Below, in pieces: positions 54,163 to 63,938 of a stretch of DNA of 64,000 bases. Position numbers and translations under genes: made by a program. Under the pieces are notes generated by a model, which was not told where the DNA came from, did no database searches, and saw nothing but the letters and a program-made list of their open reading frames with translations. Each line of letters begins with the position of its first letter. Positions within the stretch are counted from its first letter, which is position 1. This DNA is from Pseudomonadota bacterium (GTDB lineage Bacteria > Myxococcota_A > Polyangia > JAAYKL01), in contig JALNZK010000002.1 of NCBI GenBank assembly GCA_023229365.1, positions 62,343 through 126,342 of the forward strand. The letters run 5' to 3'.

Positions 54163-56781
54163 CTAGTCTATAATAGTAAAATCTTCCTTGATTTTATCTA
54201 TTACATCTTGTTTGACTATGGCACTTTCCGGCCAACGCAAAACATTCAAACGACCATCTTGGCTTTTTTCCTTAGGCACCATTTCTTTCCTAAGCTCTCT
54301 GGGGAAACTTTCAAATGTGTAATCTTTCCAATCCCCCATAGGCTTTTTAAGCCTCATTTGTAATAAATTGCCCCACTCGCATGTCGGCTCCCACCAAGCA
54401 ATTTCTTCCTCAAATCTTTCAAAATCATCTTTCCAAATAGTAACAGTTTCTGCTCTTCCATTGCCGTCCACAACTTTGACCTTGTATCCTTTCTTAGACT
54501 TCATAATTCGAGGCTTCTCTATTATCTGCACCTCCACCGGCTTAATGGCATGATCGCCCTGTGCAATTGCTATATCGAACTCCTCAAAGGTTCTTCCTTT
54601 ATAATCAGGAGATTGCGTCAACACATAATCCCAAGGAAAACCATAATATTTGTTTTCGGCAATAGACAAGTGATGTGATAATAAAACCTGCATTTCGTGA
54701 TCTATTTTTCCCGATGGATTCCAATTATCCATTGTGATAACGGTATCGAGTGCTACCTTTTTCTCATTGTTGGCTTTAGATTTGTTATATTGATTGATGG
54801 CTGTAAAAACATCTTCGGCCATGCCGTCCAAACACATAGCACTATGCTTTTCAATAAATTCCTTTTTCTTCAGGTCTTTAAACTGAGCACACCAATCGCC
54901 ATCTATTATTTTCTCATATTCTGATTGTACTAAGGATATAATTTCATCTAGACGATCTTGTTGAGAAGTAATATATCTCTTATCTCGATCTTTGCGTGAT
55001 TTGCTTTTGCAACGATAGAATTCAGCAAATTCATACAAAACCATCGGTTCATCAGAAAAAACCCGTAAAGCAATCAGTGGCTTCAAAACATCAGCATAAG
55101 TGCCAAATCGTTCCATAAAATCTACAAAAGAACTATAGGGCTGTCCTGCCACGATTTTTTCAGCAACCTCATCACCAACACCCTTAATGTCCGCAAACCC
55201 TAAATATATTTCATTGTCTATAATTTCAAAATGAACCTTCGACTTATTGATATCAATACGATTGATCGGCACCCCAAATCTTTGGGCTTCTAATCTGTAT
55301 TCTTTAATCTTGTCAGCATTTTTTTCACAACTCAAAATAGCTGCAAAGAACTCTAAAGGATAATGAGCTTTCAAATACAACAGCATTGCAGAAACAAACG
55401 AATATGAAGTAGCATGACTTAAATTGAAAGCATATCCCGAAAACTTTGCTATACTCTCAAAAAATTCATTAGCTTCTTGCTCAGAATAATCCAATCTTTG
55501 TTGGCATTGTTCCAAAAATTGAACTTTGGCTTTTTGGAAAACCTCGCCTTTTTTCTTGGAAATAGCCTTCACAATTTTATAACATTGAGGCAATGGAAAA
55601 CCCCCAATAACATTGAAGATTTTCATGATCTGTTCTTGGTAACACATCACCCCATATGTTTTTTCCAAAATAGGCTTTAACAATGGATGCAACTCGTATG
55701 GCTCGCCCTTTTTTCGCTTACAATAGGTGGTGTGGAGTTGAGAGCCCATAGGACCAGGACGATATAAACTAGTGAATGCCACTAGATCATCAAATGAAGT
55801 CACACCACCCTTTTTTGCCAAATCCCTAATGCCGGGAGAATCAAATTGGAAAATGCACTTTAATTTTGCTTCGTTTGCCAAAGCAATAGCATCAGGATCA
55901 TTTTGGTACTTCTCTGTGTCCGACCAATCATCCTGTGCCTCTAAATTACACATCCTGTCGATACCGTATCGCTCACGAATCAATTTCAAGCACTTAGCTA
56001 TTTGCACTAAGTTTGTAATAACCAATACATCGACTTTCACCAATCCTACAGGGGCCAAGTCTTGAGCATGCAGTCCTTCAGTCCATGCTGAAAGCGGATT
56101 GCCTTGCTTGTCCACAACCAATGGAACAAAATCAGCCAAGGGCATGCTAGAAATAATCAAACCACCAGCATGTTTGCCCATTCCCCTTACCCTGCCATAC
56201 AATCGCTTGGCAGCATCATATACCTCTGGATATTGCTCGCAATAAGCAGCCAATTCCTTGTTTAGCTCCAAAGCTTTTTCCCACGTAATGGGTTTATTTT
56301 CATCATCTTTATCTTCAATCTGGGTGGTAACCGTGTTGACTTCATCATGACTCAAGCCATAAACTCTGGCCATATCCTGTAAAGCAGATTTGATGCCATA
56401 AGTGGCATAATTACCAATATTACAAACATATTCCGCCCCAAAGGTTTGGGGAGCCCAGACATTTTTTAACCACTGTTGAATTTCAGGCAAGAAATCTGAA
56501 TCTATGTCGGGGAACTCGGCAATAAACGTAAACTTTGGCGGTTGGCTGATATCAAATTCATCGGCTAGTCCTAAAAGATGGACCACCAACATATTGTTTT
56601 CATTTTTGGCAAACTTACATTTTCTTTCGTACAAATCCACTAAATAATAGTGCTCATCTTGCCAGTCGATATGTCTAAACTCCAATTTCAGACGATCTGC
56701 ATATTGAGCGTTTGAACATAGTCCTAAGCTCTCTATTTTTTGCTGGCACAACAACTGTAGCTCTTTTTTATAATCTCTCAT
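54163..56781 (-). CDS. dnaE: DNA polymerase III alpha subunit, lacking N-terminal PHP domain
   Basis: Pol III alpha palm and fingers signatures (GMGKHAGGLIISSMPLADFVPL, GLVKVDVLVI, FDSPGIRDL, LYRPGPM). At 872 aa it has no PHP-type N-terminal region. Confidence 0.8.
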   Translation of the reverse strand: MRDYKKELQLLCQQKIESLGLCSNAQYADRLKLEFRHIDWQDEHYYLVDLYERKCKFAKNENNMLVVHLLGLADEFDISQPPKFTFIAEFPDIDSDFLPEIQQWLKNVWAPQTFGAEYVCNIGNYATYGIKSALQDMARVYGLSHDEVNTVTTQIEDKDDENKPITWEKALELNKELAAYCEQYPEVYDAAKRLYGRVRGMGKHAGGLIISSMPLADFVPLVVDKQGNPLSAWTEGLHAQDLAPVGLVKVDVLVITNLVQIAKCLKLIRERYGIDRMCNLEAQDDWSDTEKYQNDPDAIALANEAKLKCIFQFDSPGIRDLAKKGGVTSFDDLVAFTSLYRPGPMGSQLHTTYCKRKKGEPYELHPLLKPILEKTYGVMCYQEQIMKIFNVIGGFPLPQCYKIVKAISKKKGEVFQKAKVQFLEQCQQRLDYSEQEANEFFESIAKFSGYAFNLSHATSYSFVSAMLLYLKAHYPLEFFAAILSCEKNADKIKEYRLEAQRFGVPINRIDINKSKVHFEIIDNEIYLGFADIKGVGDEVAEKIVAGQPYSSFVDFMERFGTYADVLKPLIALRVFSDEPMVLYEFAEFYRCKSKSRKDRDKRYITSQQDRLDEIISLVQSEYEKIIDGDWCAQFKDLKKKEFIEKHSAMCLDGMAEDVFTAINQYNKSKANNEKKVALDTVITMDNWNPSGKIDHEMQVLLSHHLSIAENKYYGFPWDYVLTQSPDYKGRTFEEFDIAIAQGDHAIKPVEVQIIEKPRIMKSKKGYKVKVVDGNGRAETVTIWKDDFERFEEEIAWWEPTCEWGNLLQMRLKKPMGDWKDYTFESFPRELRKEMVPKEKSQDGRLNVLRWPESAIVKQDVIDKIKEDFTIID

Positions 56782-56844
56782 AATTCTACTATCACTATAT
56801 CAGTTTGCTTGCATCAAATCAACAGATAATCACTAATTTAAATT

Positions 56845-57987
56845 ATGAAAAACCTATCTTTTTATGTCTGCCAAACTGTCAATGAGAGTGGGGAAAAAGT
56901 CTATTTTAACACCCTCACAAGGCAACAACTGCCCATTTCTGCGACCTTTGACGAGTTGGAGTCCAATTTGTTTTTATCGGGACAAGAAAGAGAGTCCTTG
57001 TTGAAATTGTTGATAATTCATGACCCCCCAAAGTTTCTAAACTTTAACATAGCACCAACATTGGAATGTAACTTACGATGCACACACTGCAACTTCTCGC
57101 ATCTTTTAGAAGCAAAGCAACAAAAACCATTAAATGTTGATAAAATTTGTGATTTTATAATACGATCTAATGTCAAAGATATCTGCATATTTTTTTATGG
57201 TGGAGAAAACCTACTGGAAGAAGAAAAATGCCATGAAGTTATAGACAAGATCAAATCTCATGCAAACATTTTACACATAGGCATGGTCTCTAATCTAACG
57301 ATTGATCTAAATGAAAGAAGATTATCTTTAATTGAAAAATTAAGCCAACTAAGCATTAGTTTAGATGGTGGTAATGATTTGTTGAACGATGCACAAAGAA
57401 TACCACTCACAGGTAATTGGAGTCCATTTGAAAAAACAACCAATAATTTGAAAATATTAATAACCAAAGGACTGAGGCACAAAATCAATTTGAAAGCTTC
57501 TTTTGGCGATGCATCCAATACACCAGAACTACGAAAAGAATATTATCTCTTTGCTCTTCAGTTTGGATTTAAACCTGAACAAATAAACATAGGGCTTATC
57601 GGACCACATTCCGAGTGCAGGAAAACCACCAAATCTTTTGCTGATATATTGTTAAAACCTATATTCACGCCTACATGGTGTTGTAAATACAGACATGAAG
57701 TATTATTAACCGACTATACAGAAAATATATTTAGCGATTATTATACATATACAAAGATAGGAAATTTATCAGATAGTTTGAGTACAATCATAGAGAGAAG
57801 AAATGACCTAATTTTAAAAACCATGCCCTTGCTAAATGACACAAAATGCATGAAGTGTCAAGCAGCAGGGTATTGCTGGGGAAGCTGTGCGATGTTGGAT
57901 TTTGTTGGGGGAAAAAGCAATTTTTGCGATCCAGTAGCTCTTCAACACCAAATACAAAAAATGGCCAATGACAACAAACTATGCTAA
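56845..57987 (+). CDS. radical SAM/SPASM peptide-maturase-like enzyme (second copy)
   Basis: CNLRCTHC (Cx3Cx2C) follows a roughly 70 aa N-terminal extension. The C-terminal SPASM motif is CMKCQAAGYCWGSC. Confidence 0.7.
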   Translation: MKNLSFYVCQTVNESGEKVYFNTLTRQQLPISATFDELESNLFLSGQERESLLKLLIIHDPPKFLNFNIAPTLECNLRCTHCNFSHLLEAKQQKPLNVDKICDFIIRSNVKDICIFFYGGENLLEEEKCHEVIDKIKSHANILHIGMVSNLTIDLNERRLSLIEKLSQLSISLDGGNDLLNDAQRIPLTGNWSPFEKTTNNLKILITKGLRHKINLKASFGDASNTPELRKEYYLFALQFGFKPEQINIGLIGPHSECRKTTKSFADILLKPIFTPTWCCKYRHEVLLTDYTENIFSDYYTYTKIGNLSDSLSTIIERRNDLILKTMPLLNDTKCMKCQAAGYCWGSCAMLDFVGGKSNFCDPVALQHQIQKMANDNKLC

Positions 57988-57996
57988 GGAAAAAAA

Positions 57997-58170
57997 ATGA
58001 TGACAACACTAACAGATGCAGAAAAAATCACTTTTGAGTGTCCAGATGCAGAAAAACTACAACAATTGCTGGACGAGTGCTTGTGTATGGAAATTAATGC
58101 GGGCACCAATTCAAATTCTACTGCTGGCTATGTTTGTGCTTGCCCCGTATATACAATTTCAATAACCTAA
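57997..58170 (+). CDS. Cys-rich small peptide (57 aa), candidate RiPP precursor; absent from the supplied ORF track
   Basis: An AAGGA Shine-Dalgarno precedes ATGATG, 9 nt after the radical SAM stop. The peptide is MMTTLTDAEKITFECPDAEKLQQLLDECLCMEINAGTNSNSTAGYVCACPVYTISIT. Its stop overlaps the ATG of the next gene (TAATG). Confidence 0.4.
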   Translation: MMTTLTDAEKITFECPDAEKLQQLLDECLCMEINAGTNSNSTAGYVCACPVYTISIT

Positions 58171-59258
58171 TGAATCTTTTGCAATGTTATAATCAATATT
58201 ACAAAAACCCAACCCTTGAAAGTGCCAAACTTTTATGGCAAGAAATTCAGTCCTATAACTTTTGCGATTATGTCGATTTTGCTTCAGATGTAAAAGCTGC
58301 CCGTGAGGATTGTAAAAATTTTAGTTCAATTTCTCTAAGGACAAATGGCTCCACAAATATACCTCGGGAATATAAATTTGGTCCGTTTTTCGATTTTTGG
58401 ATCAATAGCATGGAGTCTGCAATCAAGCCAAGCATAGGGAAAACAATATACATTCAATCAATGTTTCCTTGCGGAGATAAAAAAAATGCTATTATGCGTG
58501 TTAAAGATAATTCTCTTATGGATTATGCTGGCATTTTTTATTGGGACCAAAACAATGCCCTATCTTTTTTGATAAATTTCCTTCATAGCGTAAAAGAGCC
58601 AATCACTATCAGCACCGTCTCTAATACACTACTTTTTCTATTAGAACAAAAAAGTTTCTTAGAGTTCTTAAAACAAGACAAAATACTTGCTATCCGTACT
58701 TTAGATTGGGAGCCTTTTTTCAAATCCAGCAAAATACCATCCTCGATCCACCTTAATAACAACATGGTTGATTGGTCAATCACATCTAACTTTTACACCT
58801 GCCCATTTCGCACATTGCATTTTTTTCCAACTTTTTCTGGAAACACAAGCTTAATCAATCTTGCAAATAATCAAATTGAATCTGATGATTTATTTGAAAT
58901 CAATCCGCAAGTCAGAGTGTGTAATTGTGGAAAGTCATATTTAAACTTCAAATTTATACCGCATGTCAACAATGCAATAAAAATAAACAATAAAATAATA
59001 TACGAACCAAGTTTTATAGAAAAATTAGATTCTTGCTATTTAAACCTTCAGTTTGTTCAAACAGGGCAAGAAACTATTGATATATTATATATTGGAAATA
59101 TATCACAACATGACAAAGATGCCATCAACACATTGTTTGAAGGTAGAACTAATTTTGTAAGAAACAAATATCTCGTAATTGGAAGAAAACTAATTTGCTT
59201 TTACCGCAATTCCAATAACATTCCTTACCAATCATATTCTGGCATCACAATTTTATAA
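58170..59258 (+). CDS. hypothetical protein (possible second PaaK-like enzyme, weak)
   Basis: Start reassigned to MNLLQCYN, which is translationally coupled to the peptide ORF. The listed upstream part overlaps the peptide in another frame. Confidence 0.4.
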   Translation: MNLLQCYNQYYKNPTLESAKLLWQEIQSYNFCDYVDFASDVKAAREDCKNFSSISLRTNGSTNIPREYKFGPFFDFWINSMESAIKPSIGKTIYIQSMFPCGDKKNAIMRVKDNSLMDYAGIFYWDQNNALSFLINFLHSVKEPITISTVSNTLLFLLEQKSFLEFLKQDKILAIRTLDWEPFFKSSKIPSSIHLNNNMVDWSITSNFYTCPFRTLHFFPTFSGNTSLINLANNQIESDDLFEINPQVRVCNCGKSYLNFKFIPHVNNAIKINNKIIYEPSFIEKLDSCYLNLQFVQTGQETIDILYIGNISQHDKDAINTLFEGRTNFVRNKYLVIGRKLICFYRNSNNIPYQSYSGITIL

Positions 59259-59892
59259 TCAACTTCTTTAATGATCCTATTTCCGTCTTCGACAAAGGCT
59301 TGGATTTCCTGCCCTCCCAATTGGTTGTTCTCACACCATGCTCAATATGCTGTATCACCAACTTTTGTAATGTTTTTTTAGAATCCCAGTAATCTGCAAA
59401 CACATCATCATACCATCCAGCAGTGTCCCAATCTTCTGGATAGTATTTTAGCCTCGTAGCATGAAACAACTGAAAAAACCCAAGTATACGCATGTTGTCA
59501 CCATCAATATACATTTGTTTGCCAGAAATATTGTCAATTTCATACCTTACCGCCCCATATAAAAACTCTTTATCTAAAGTCAATCCTTCGATTATTTCCC
59601 TAAAGTTATCTGGAAGAATGATATCTGCGTCTAAAGCAAGCATCCAATCTTTTTTATCCAAATAACTTATGGCATCATTTAGTCCCTTACCTTTGTTAAA
59701 TGCTGCACCGCCTTCATAAAATCGACTTGATTCAACACATTCTATTTGATGCTTTTTACACACACTCTTGGTTGCCACATCTTCTGTCGAAGTAATGATT
59801 ACCCATCTGTCAAAATGCTTTTTGTTTGAATATAAACACACATCCAAAAAATCACTATAACCCACGCAAGATGTAAAAACTTCTAAATACAT
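59245..59892 (-). CDS. DxD-motif nucleotide-sugar transferase-like protein (paralog A)
   Basis: LALDADIILP DxD motif. It is about 60% identical in amino-acid sequence to the adjacent gene. Confidence 0.4.
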   Translation of the reverse strand: MYLEVFTSCVGYSDFLDVCLYSNKKHFDRWVIITSTEDVATKSVCKKHQIECVESSRFYEGGAAFNKGKGLNDAISYLDKKDWMLALDADIILPDNFREIIEGLTLDKEFLYGAVRYEIDNISGKQMYIDGDNMRILGFFQLFHATRLKYYPEDWDTAGWYDDVFADYWDSKKTLQKLVIQHIEHGVRTTNWEGRKSKPLSKTEIGSLKKLIIKL

Positions 59893-59894
59893 AA

Positions 59895-60563
59895 TTAGGC
59901 GAATTTAATTACCGATTTGCTGAAAGTGCTAACATCGTTTTTGGATAATATTTTTGATCTTCTGCCACACCAATTTGTTGCAACAATCCCATGTGGCATA
60001 TGTTCGACTACTACATCTTCCAACATTCTATGTCTTCCGTTCCAATAAGACACAAATTCCAAATCATAATTTCCAGCATGGGGATAAGATTCTGGATAGA
60101 CCTTGGCCCTTTGCATAACATCAGAATGTCCATTAAACAATTGAAAATAACCCCAGGGCGAAATTACAGGAGTCACATCAGTCCAACATTGGCATGTATC
60201 CAAACTTTTCCTTGGAACTCCATATAAAAAATCATTATTCAGTTTTTTAGCACCAATCATTTCCCTAAAATCAGCAGGAAGAATAATATCAGCATCTAAG
60301 GCAAGAACCCAATCTTTCTTAAACAAATGATTTATAACATCGTTTAGTGCTTTTCCTTTATTAAATTTATCTCCATTATTATAAAATCTTCGAGACTCCA
60401 CACACTCAACACCACTTTTCTTGCATATGTTTTTTGTGTTTTCATCTTCTGAGCTTGTGACAACAACCCATCTGTCAAAGTGCTTTTTATTTGCACTTAT
60501 GCAAATGTTTAAGAAATCACCATAATTCACACATACTGTAAAAACTTCCAAATAATTAATCAT
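59895..60563 (-). CDS. DxD-motif nucleotide-sugar transferase-like protein (paralog B)
   Basis: It is a tandem duplicate of 59245..59892 (YLEVFT.CV.Y.DFL..C...NKKHFDRWV). Confidence 0.4.
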   Translation of the reverse strand: MINYLEVFTVCVNYGDFLNICISANKKHFDRWVVVTSSEDENTKNICKKSGVECVESRRFYNNGDKFNKGKALNDVINHLFKKDWVLALDADIILPADFREMIGAKKLNNDFLYGVPRKSLDTCQCWTDVTPVISPWGYFQLFNGHSDVMQRAKVYPESYPHAGNYDLEFVSYWNGRHRMLEDVVVEHMPHGIVATNWCGRRSKILSKNDVSTFSKSVIKFA

Positions 60564-61623
60564 ATGCCCTTAGTGTGAAATCAATAAAACTACTGTTAAT
60601 GTTTTCTATTCTATCGCCTTTTATTTTATATCCTATTTGATTGGTTCCCTCATAATGAGTCATATCTTCATTTAATTTTAATTCGTCCCGCCAAATACCT
60701 TTGTCTGTTGGCCATCTAAGACTGAGATTTAAACCATCAATGGACCAAGTTTCTGGACCTTGTGGAGTGTTTAATGTTCCATTTGGATAAGCCACAAATC
60801 GTCTGTGTTTTCGACCATTAACATAGTGTTCCCAAACTCCATCAAAAGAAAACTTGGGCATTCGCTCTTTAACCACGCCTTTTTTAAAAAATGGCTCCAA
60901 AACATCTTGCACAACATCTTCCACAACTATCGATAAATTTGCCTGTTTAAACCAATCTCTATAAGTCACTAGTGGCTGATTTGTTTTCTGAAAATTTCCT
61001 TCGAAACCATATCCCATTTCTTGCAACTCATCTTCTGTAAAGACTAAATGCACATAAGCCTTATTGATATGTTTGTATAAGTGTCCACCATGTCTTGATA
61101 AAAACGGATGACAACGAACAAAAATATCTGTATTTTTATTTGCTACCTCTCTTACTTTGGTTAGGATGCCTACAGGATCAGTTGAATGATCTAGAACATC
61201 ATAAAGCATGATAAAATCAAATGGCGACATTGCTTTAATTTTATCAAAATTAGTGGTCAATAAATACTTACCCTCTTTTTCCCACTCAAAAGAAGAACTC
61301 TCCACAATGTCGTACCCTGCTGCTTGTGATCCCAACTGAGAAGCCACAACAGCAACATGTCCTAAGCCACAACCAAAATCTAAGAACTTTTTGCCATCAA
61401 CCTCCCAATTAGAGAAATTAATGATTGAATCGGCACGTTCAAATAAATCATCTTCAGATTCCATGCATATTAGTTCTTGGGGCACCGCAACAGGCCAACT
61501 TTCACTATGTAACAAATCTTTTAATTGTAGAATTTTAAACTGGGCATCCCAAACTTTACATTTTGTCAAAAATGTTCTGATTTCATCCAAAGATTGCAGC
61601 ACTTGCTCTACTGTTTCTATCAT
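60556..61623 (-). CDS. class I SAM-dependent methyltransferase
   Basis: LDFGCGLGHVAVVASQLG is SAM-binding motif I, and an acidic motif II (YDIVE) follows. Confidence 0.65.
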   Translation of the reverse strand: MIETVEQVLQSLDEIRTFLTKCKVWDAQFKILQLKDLLHSESWPVAVPQELICMESEDDLFERADSIINFSNWEVDGKKFLDFGCGLGHVAVVASQLGSQAAGYDIVESSSFEWEKEGKYLLTTNFDKIKAMSPFDFIMLYDVLDHSTDPVGILTKVREVANKNTDIFVRCHPFLSRHGGHLYKHINKAYVHLVFTEDELQEMGYGFEGNFQKTNQPLVTYRDWFKQANLSIVVEDVVQDVLEPFFKKGVVKERMPKFSFDGVWEHYVNGRKHRRFVAYPNGTLNTPQGPETWSIDGLNLSLRWPTDKGIWRDELKLNEDMTHYEGTNQIGYKIKGDRIENINSSFIDFTLRAYD

Positions 61624-61633
61624 AATTACACCA

Positions 61634-62428
61634 TTAAAAAAGCGGCTTATTATATCTACTAATTCTGTTACTTTTTATCAAATTGTAATAATTCCACCCT
61701 CTGTGAAATTGATTACGATTAGATTCTACAAAATGATATCCATCAAAATTATTCATGTTAAAATTTTTGTAACTACAACACACCTTACTATCTAAGTGTA
61801 TTTCATTGGGATGTAGCTCAAGAATTTTGTCTTTCGATATGGTAATTTGATCCTTATGCAAAAAAACCAATGCTAATAATCCTTGCTCGTCCGCAGAGTT
61901 TAAATTTTCAAGCTCGCCATACTTACGCCACACTCTACATATATCTTTTTGAAAATCATGACCAGGAACCAATCCAATCAAACCAGAGTTGTATTTTTTT
62001 GTCTTTGGTAGATAACAACTATATCGTCCAAAATATCGAGTTGGCTCATCCAAACACAAACACCTTTTGCCGCCAAGAAAATCGTCTATTTCTGGCAAAT
62101 GTTTGCAAATTACAACATCATTATCCATTATAATTTCATATGACTCTATCCTTATTCTAGCTGGGCAAAGTTTCCATAGCGTTCCGAGATTTTCCTGTGA
62201 GAGAGGGCAATCACAAATCTTCTGCTCATATAATGTGAGTAAATGAATTTTGGCAACTTCTCTAAGCCTATCAAGCTGTGCTTCAGTCAAATTATTGTAA
62301 CACACAAACCAATCAAAATTATCTCTGCCCAATGCGTTTATTGTTTGAATGACCGATTCCTCAAAAATATGAAACCCAACCCTTGAGGGCCTTCCAATTG
62401 TCCATCGAAATATCGGCTTTAAAATCAT
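61634..62428 (-). CDS. hypothetical protein, possible glycosyltransferase
   Basis: The N-terminus KPIFRWTIG resembles the DXD sugar-transferase family start. This is a weak call. Confidence 0.3.
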   Translation of the reverse strand: MILKPIFRWTIGRPSRVGFHIFEESVIQTINALGRDNFDWFVCYNNLTEAQLDRLREVAKIHLLTLYEQKICDCPLSQENLGTLWKLCPARIRIESYEIIMDNDVVICKHLPEIDDFLGGKRCLCLDEPTRYFGRYSCYLPKTKKYNSGLIGLVPGHDFQKDICRVWRKYGELENLNSADEQGLLALVFLHKDQITISKDKILELHPNEIHLDSKVCCSYKNFNMNNFDGYHFVESNRNQFHRGWNYYNLIKSNRISRYNKPLF

Positions 62429-62429
62429 A

Positions 62430-63242
62430 TCAGTTAAATTTCACTTCATTTTTATCTACCACATTAGATAAAAAATCATCCAATGTTTTGTGTTTTTCAG
62501 GGTGTAAATGACCGGCATATACCCTGATTTTTGGATCAATGGGCAGTTTCCACTTGCTACAATAATAATAGTAACTCCACACATTGCTTAAGTCATAAAG
62601 TCTTTGGTCGGAAAGATTGTGTTTTTGATGCAACTCCACACAATCAATAGGTAAAAATCTTCCGCCACAAACAATAGCTTTTCTCCAAAAATCATAGTCC
62701 TTATACCCCCATGCCTCAAAATCAGCACTAAATCCCCCATATTCCCAATAAGTTTTTTTTGCAAACAATACGCATCCAGCAAACGGGTTTTTATGCCCCA
62801 CAATATCTACATTTTCTACCCTATGATCCGGCACCAATAAAGACTCATGCTTATATGGATTATCTCTCACCATTCGTATAGAAGAAATATCTACATCTTC
62901 TTTAAAAGAAAACAGATATTTGGGAAAGATAAACAATCCATCTTCTATCAATGATGCATTGTTTAAAAAGTTTGTAGGAAGAATTCTATCGCTGTCCAAG
63001 TACCATATGTGATTGCCACTACTGGCCTCAATGGCTGCATTAAGGGCTTCGCCAAGCCGATAAAACTTTCCTCTTCTCTCTATCTCTAAAACTCTCCACC
63101 CCTCTGGATGTATGTCTGTTTGTCCATCCACACATAAAATTTTTTCACATGTGGCAACATAATCCATATCATTCAGACAATCAATCGTATTAATAAGCTG
63201 TCTGTGACGATCTGTAGAGTATAAAACAACAATACTGAGCAT
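62430..63242 (-). CDS. hypothetical protein, possible glycosyltransferase
   Basis: The N-terminus LSIVVLYSTDR is a GT2-like start. This is a weak call. Confidence 0.3.
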   Translation of the reverse strand: MLSIVVLYSTDRHRQLINTIDCLNDMDYVATCEKILCVDGQTDIHPEGWRVLEIERRGKFYRLGEALNAAIEASSGNHIWYLDSDRILPTNFLNNASLIEDGLFIFPKYLFSFKEDVDISSIRMVRDNPYKHESLLVPDHRVENVDIVGHKNPFAGCVLFAKKTYWEYGGFSADFEAWGYKDYDFWRKAIVCGGRFLPIDCVELHQKHNLSDQRLYDLSNVWSYYYYCSKWKLPIDPKIRVYAGHLHPEKHKTLDDFLSNVVDKNEVKFN

Positions 63243-63245
63243 ACT

Positions 63246-63938
63246 TTATTTAGCAAGAAATTCATCAGGTTTTGTTATTTTGTCGCCAGGACATGGACAA
63301 ACCTCTTCTGTTCCGAATTTTCTTGCATAATTCTTGTTTAATCCGTCACAAATTAAAGACAATCTACAATCCATGCACTTGGGGGAATATGTGTAGCTTT
63401 CTCCCGTAAAAACTTTGGCCAAATGTTCATACGCACCTGAGTCTTCCATGAAATTATACAAACCTCTTGACACCTTTGGTGCAGGTGCGGAAGAGTTTAC
63501 ATCCGACCAAGATTTATAATCCCACTCGTAGTTGTCATATGGTAATTGTCGATAATTATAACATTTGTTTTCATGCCCATATAGAAAACAAAATGGCATA
63601 TACCTTACGGCAGTATGCATGCTGTGTATATCGCAATAATTTAATGCCTCATGTAAACAATCTTTCATTTCAGAAAAACGAGCTATTAAATCAAATGTTT
63701 CATCATGATCTCTGAATAAATTACAGGAAATATAATTGATTGTGCGACACCCCTTTGTGTATACAAATTCTGCTATGTTTTTTAAAGCTTTAAAATTAGT
63801 TTTATTGATAGTGACATTTGTGCGAAATGGTATGCTCAAATGAACCAAATTATCTAACGCCTTCTCAACCCTGGAAAAACTGCCATTCACACCAACGACA
63901 TCATCATAAGCAACCCCCAAATTATGAACAGAACACAA
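63246..63938 (-). CDS. SPASM/twitch-like C-terminal domain protein (possible split radical SAM)
   Basis: It has a TTG start, CMDCRLSLIC (Cx2Cx5C) and CPCPG. An upstream minus-strand gene ends at 63948 and runs off the window edge. Confidence 0.3.
   Translation of the reverse strand: MCSVHNLGVAYDDVVGVNGSFSRVEKALDNLVHLSIPFRTNVTINKTNFKALKNIAEFVYTKGCRTINYISCNLFRDHDETFDLIARFSEMKDCLHEALNYCDIHSMHTAVRYMPFCFLYGHENKCYNYRQLPYDNYEWDYKSWSDVNSSAPAPKVSRGLYNFMEDSGAYEHLAKVFTGESYTYSPKCMDCRLSLICDGLNKNYARKFGTEEVCPCPGDKITKPDEFLAK

Noticed and set aside
58134-58170. Listed N-terminus MCLPRIYNFNNL of ORF 58134..59258.
   Set aside because: It overlaps the coupled 57-aa peptide ORF in another frame. The in-frame ATG at 58170, with its TAATG overlap, is the better start.
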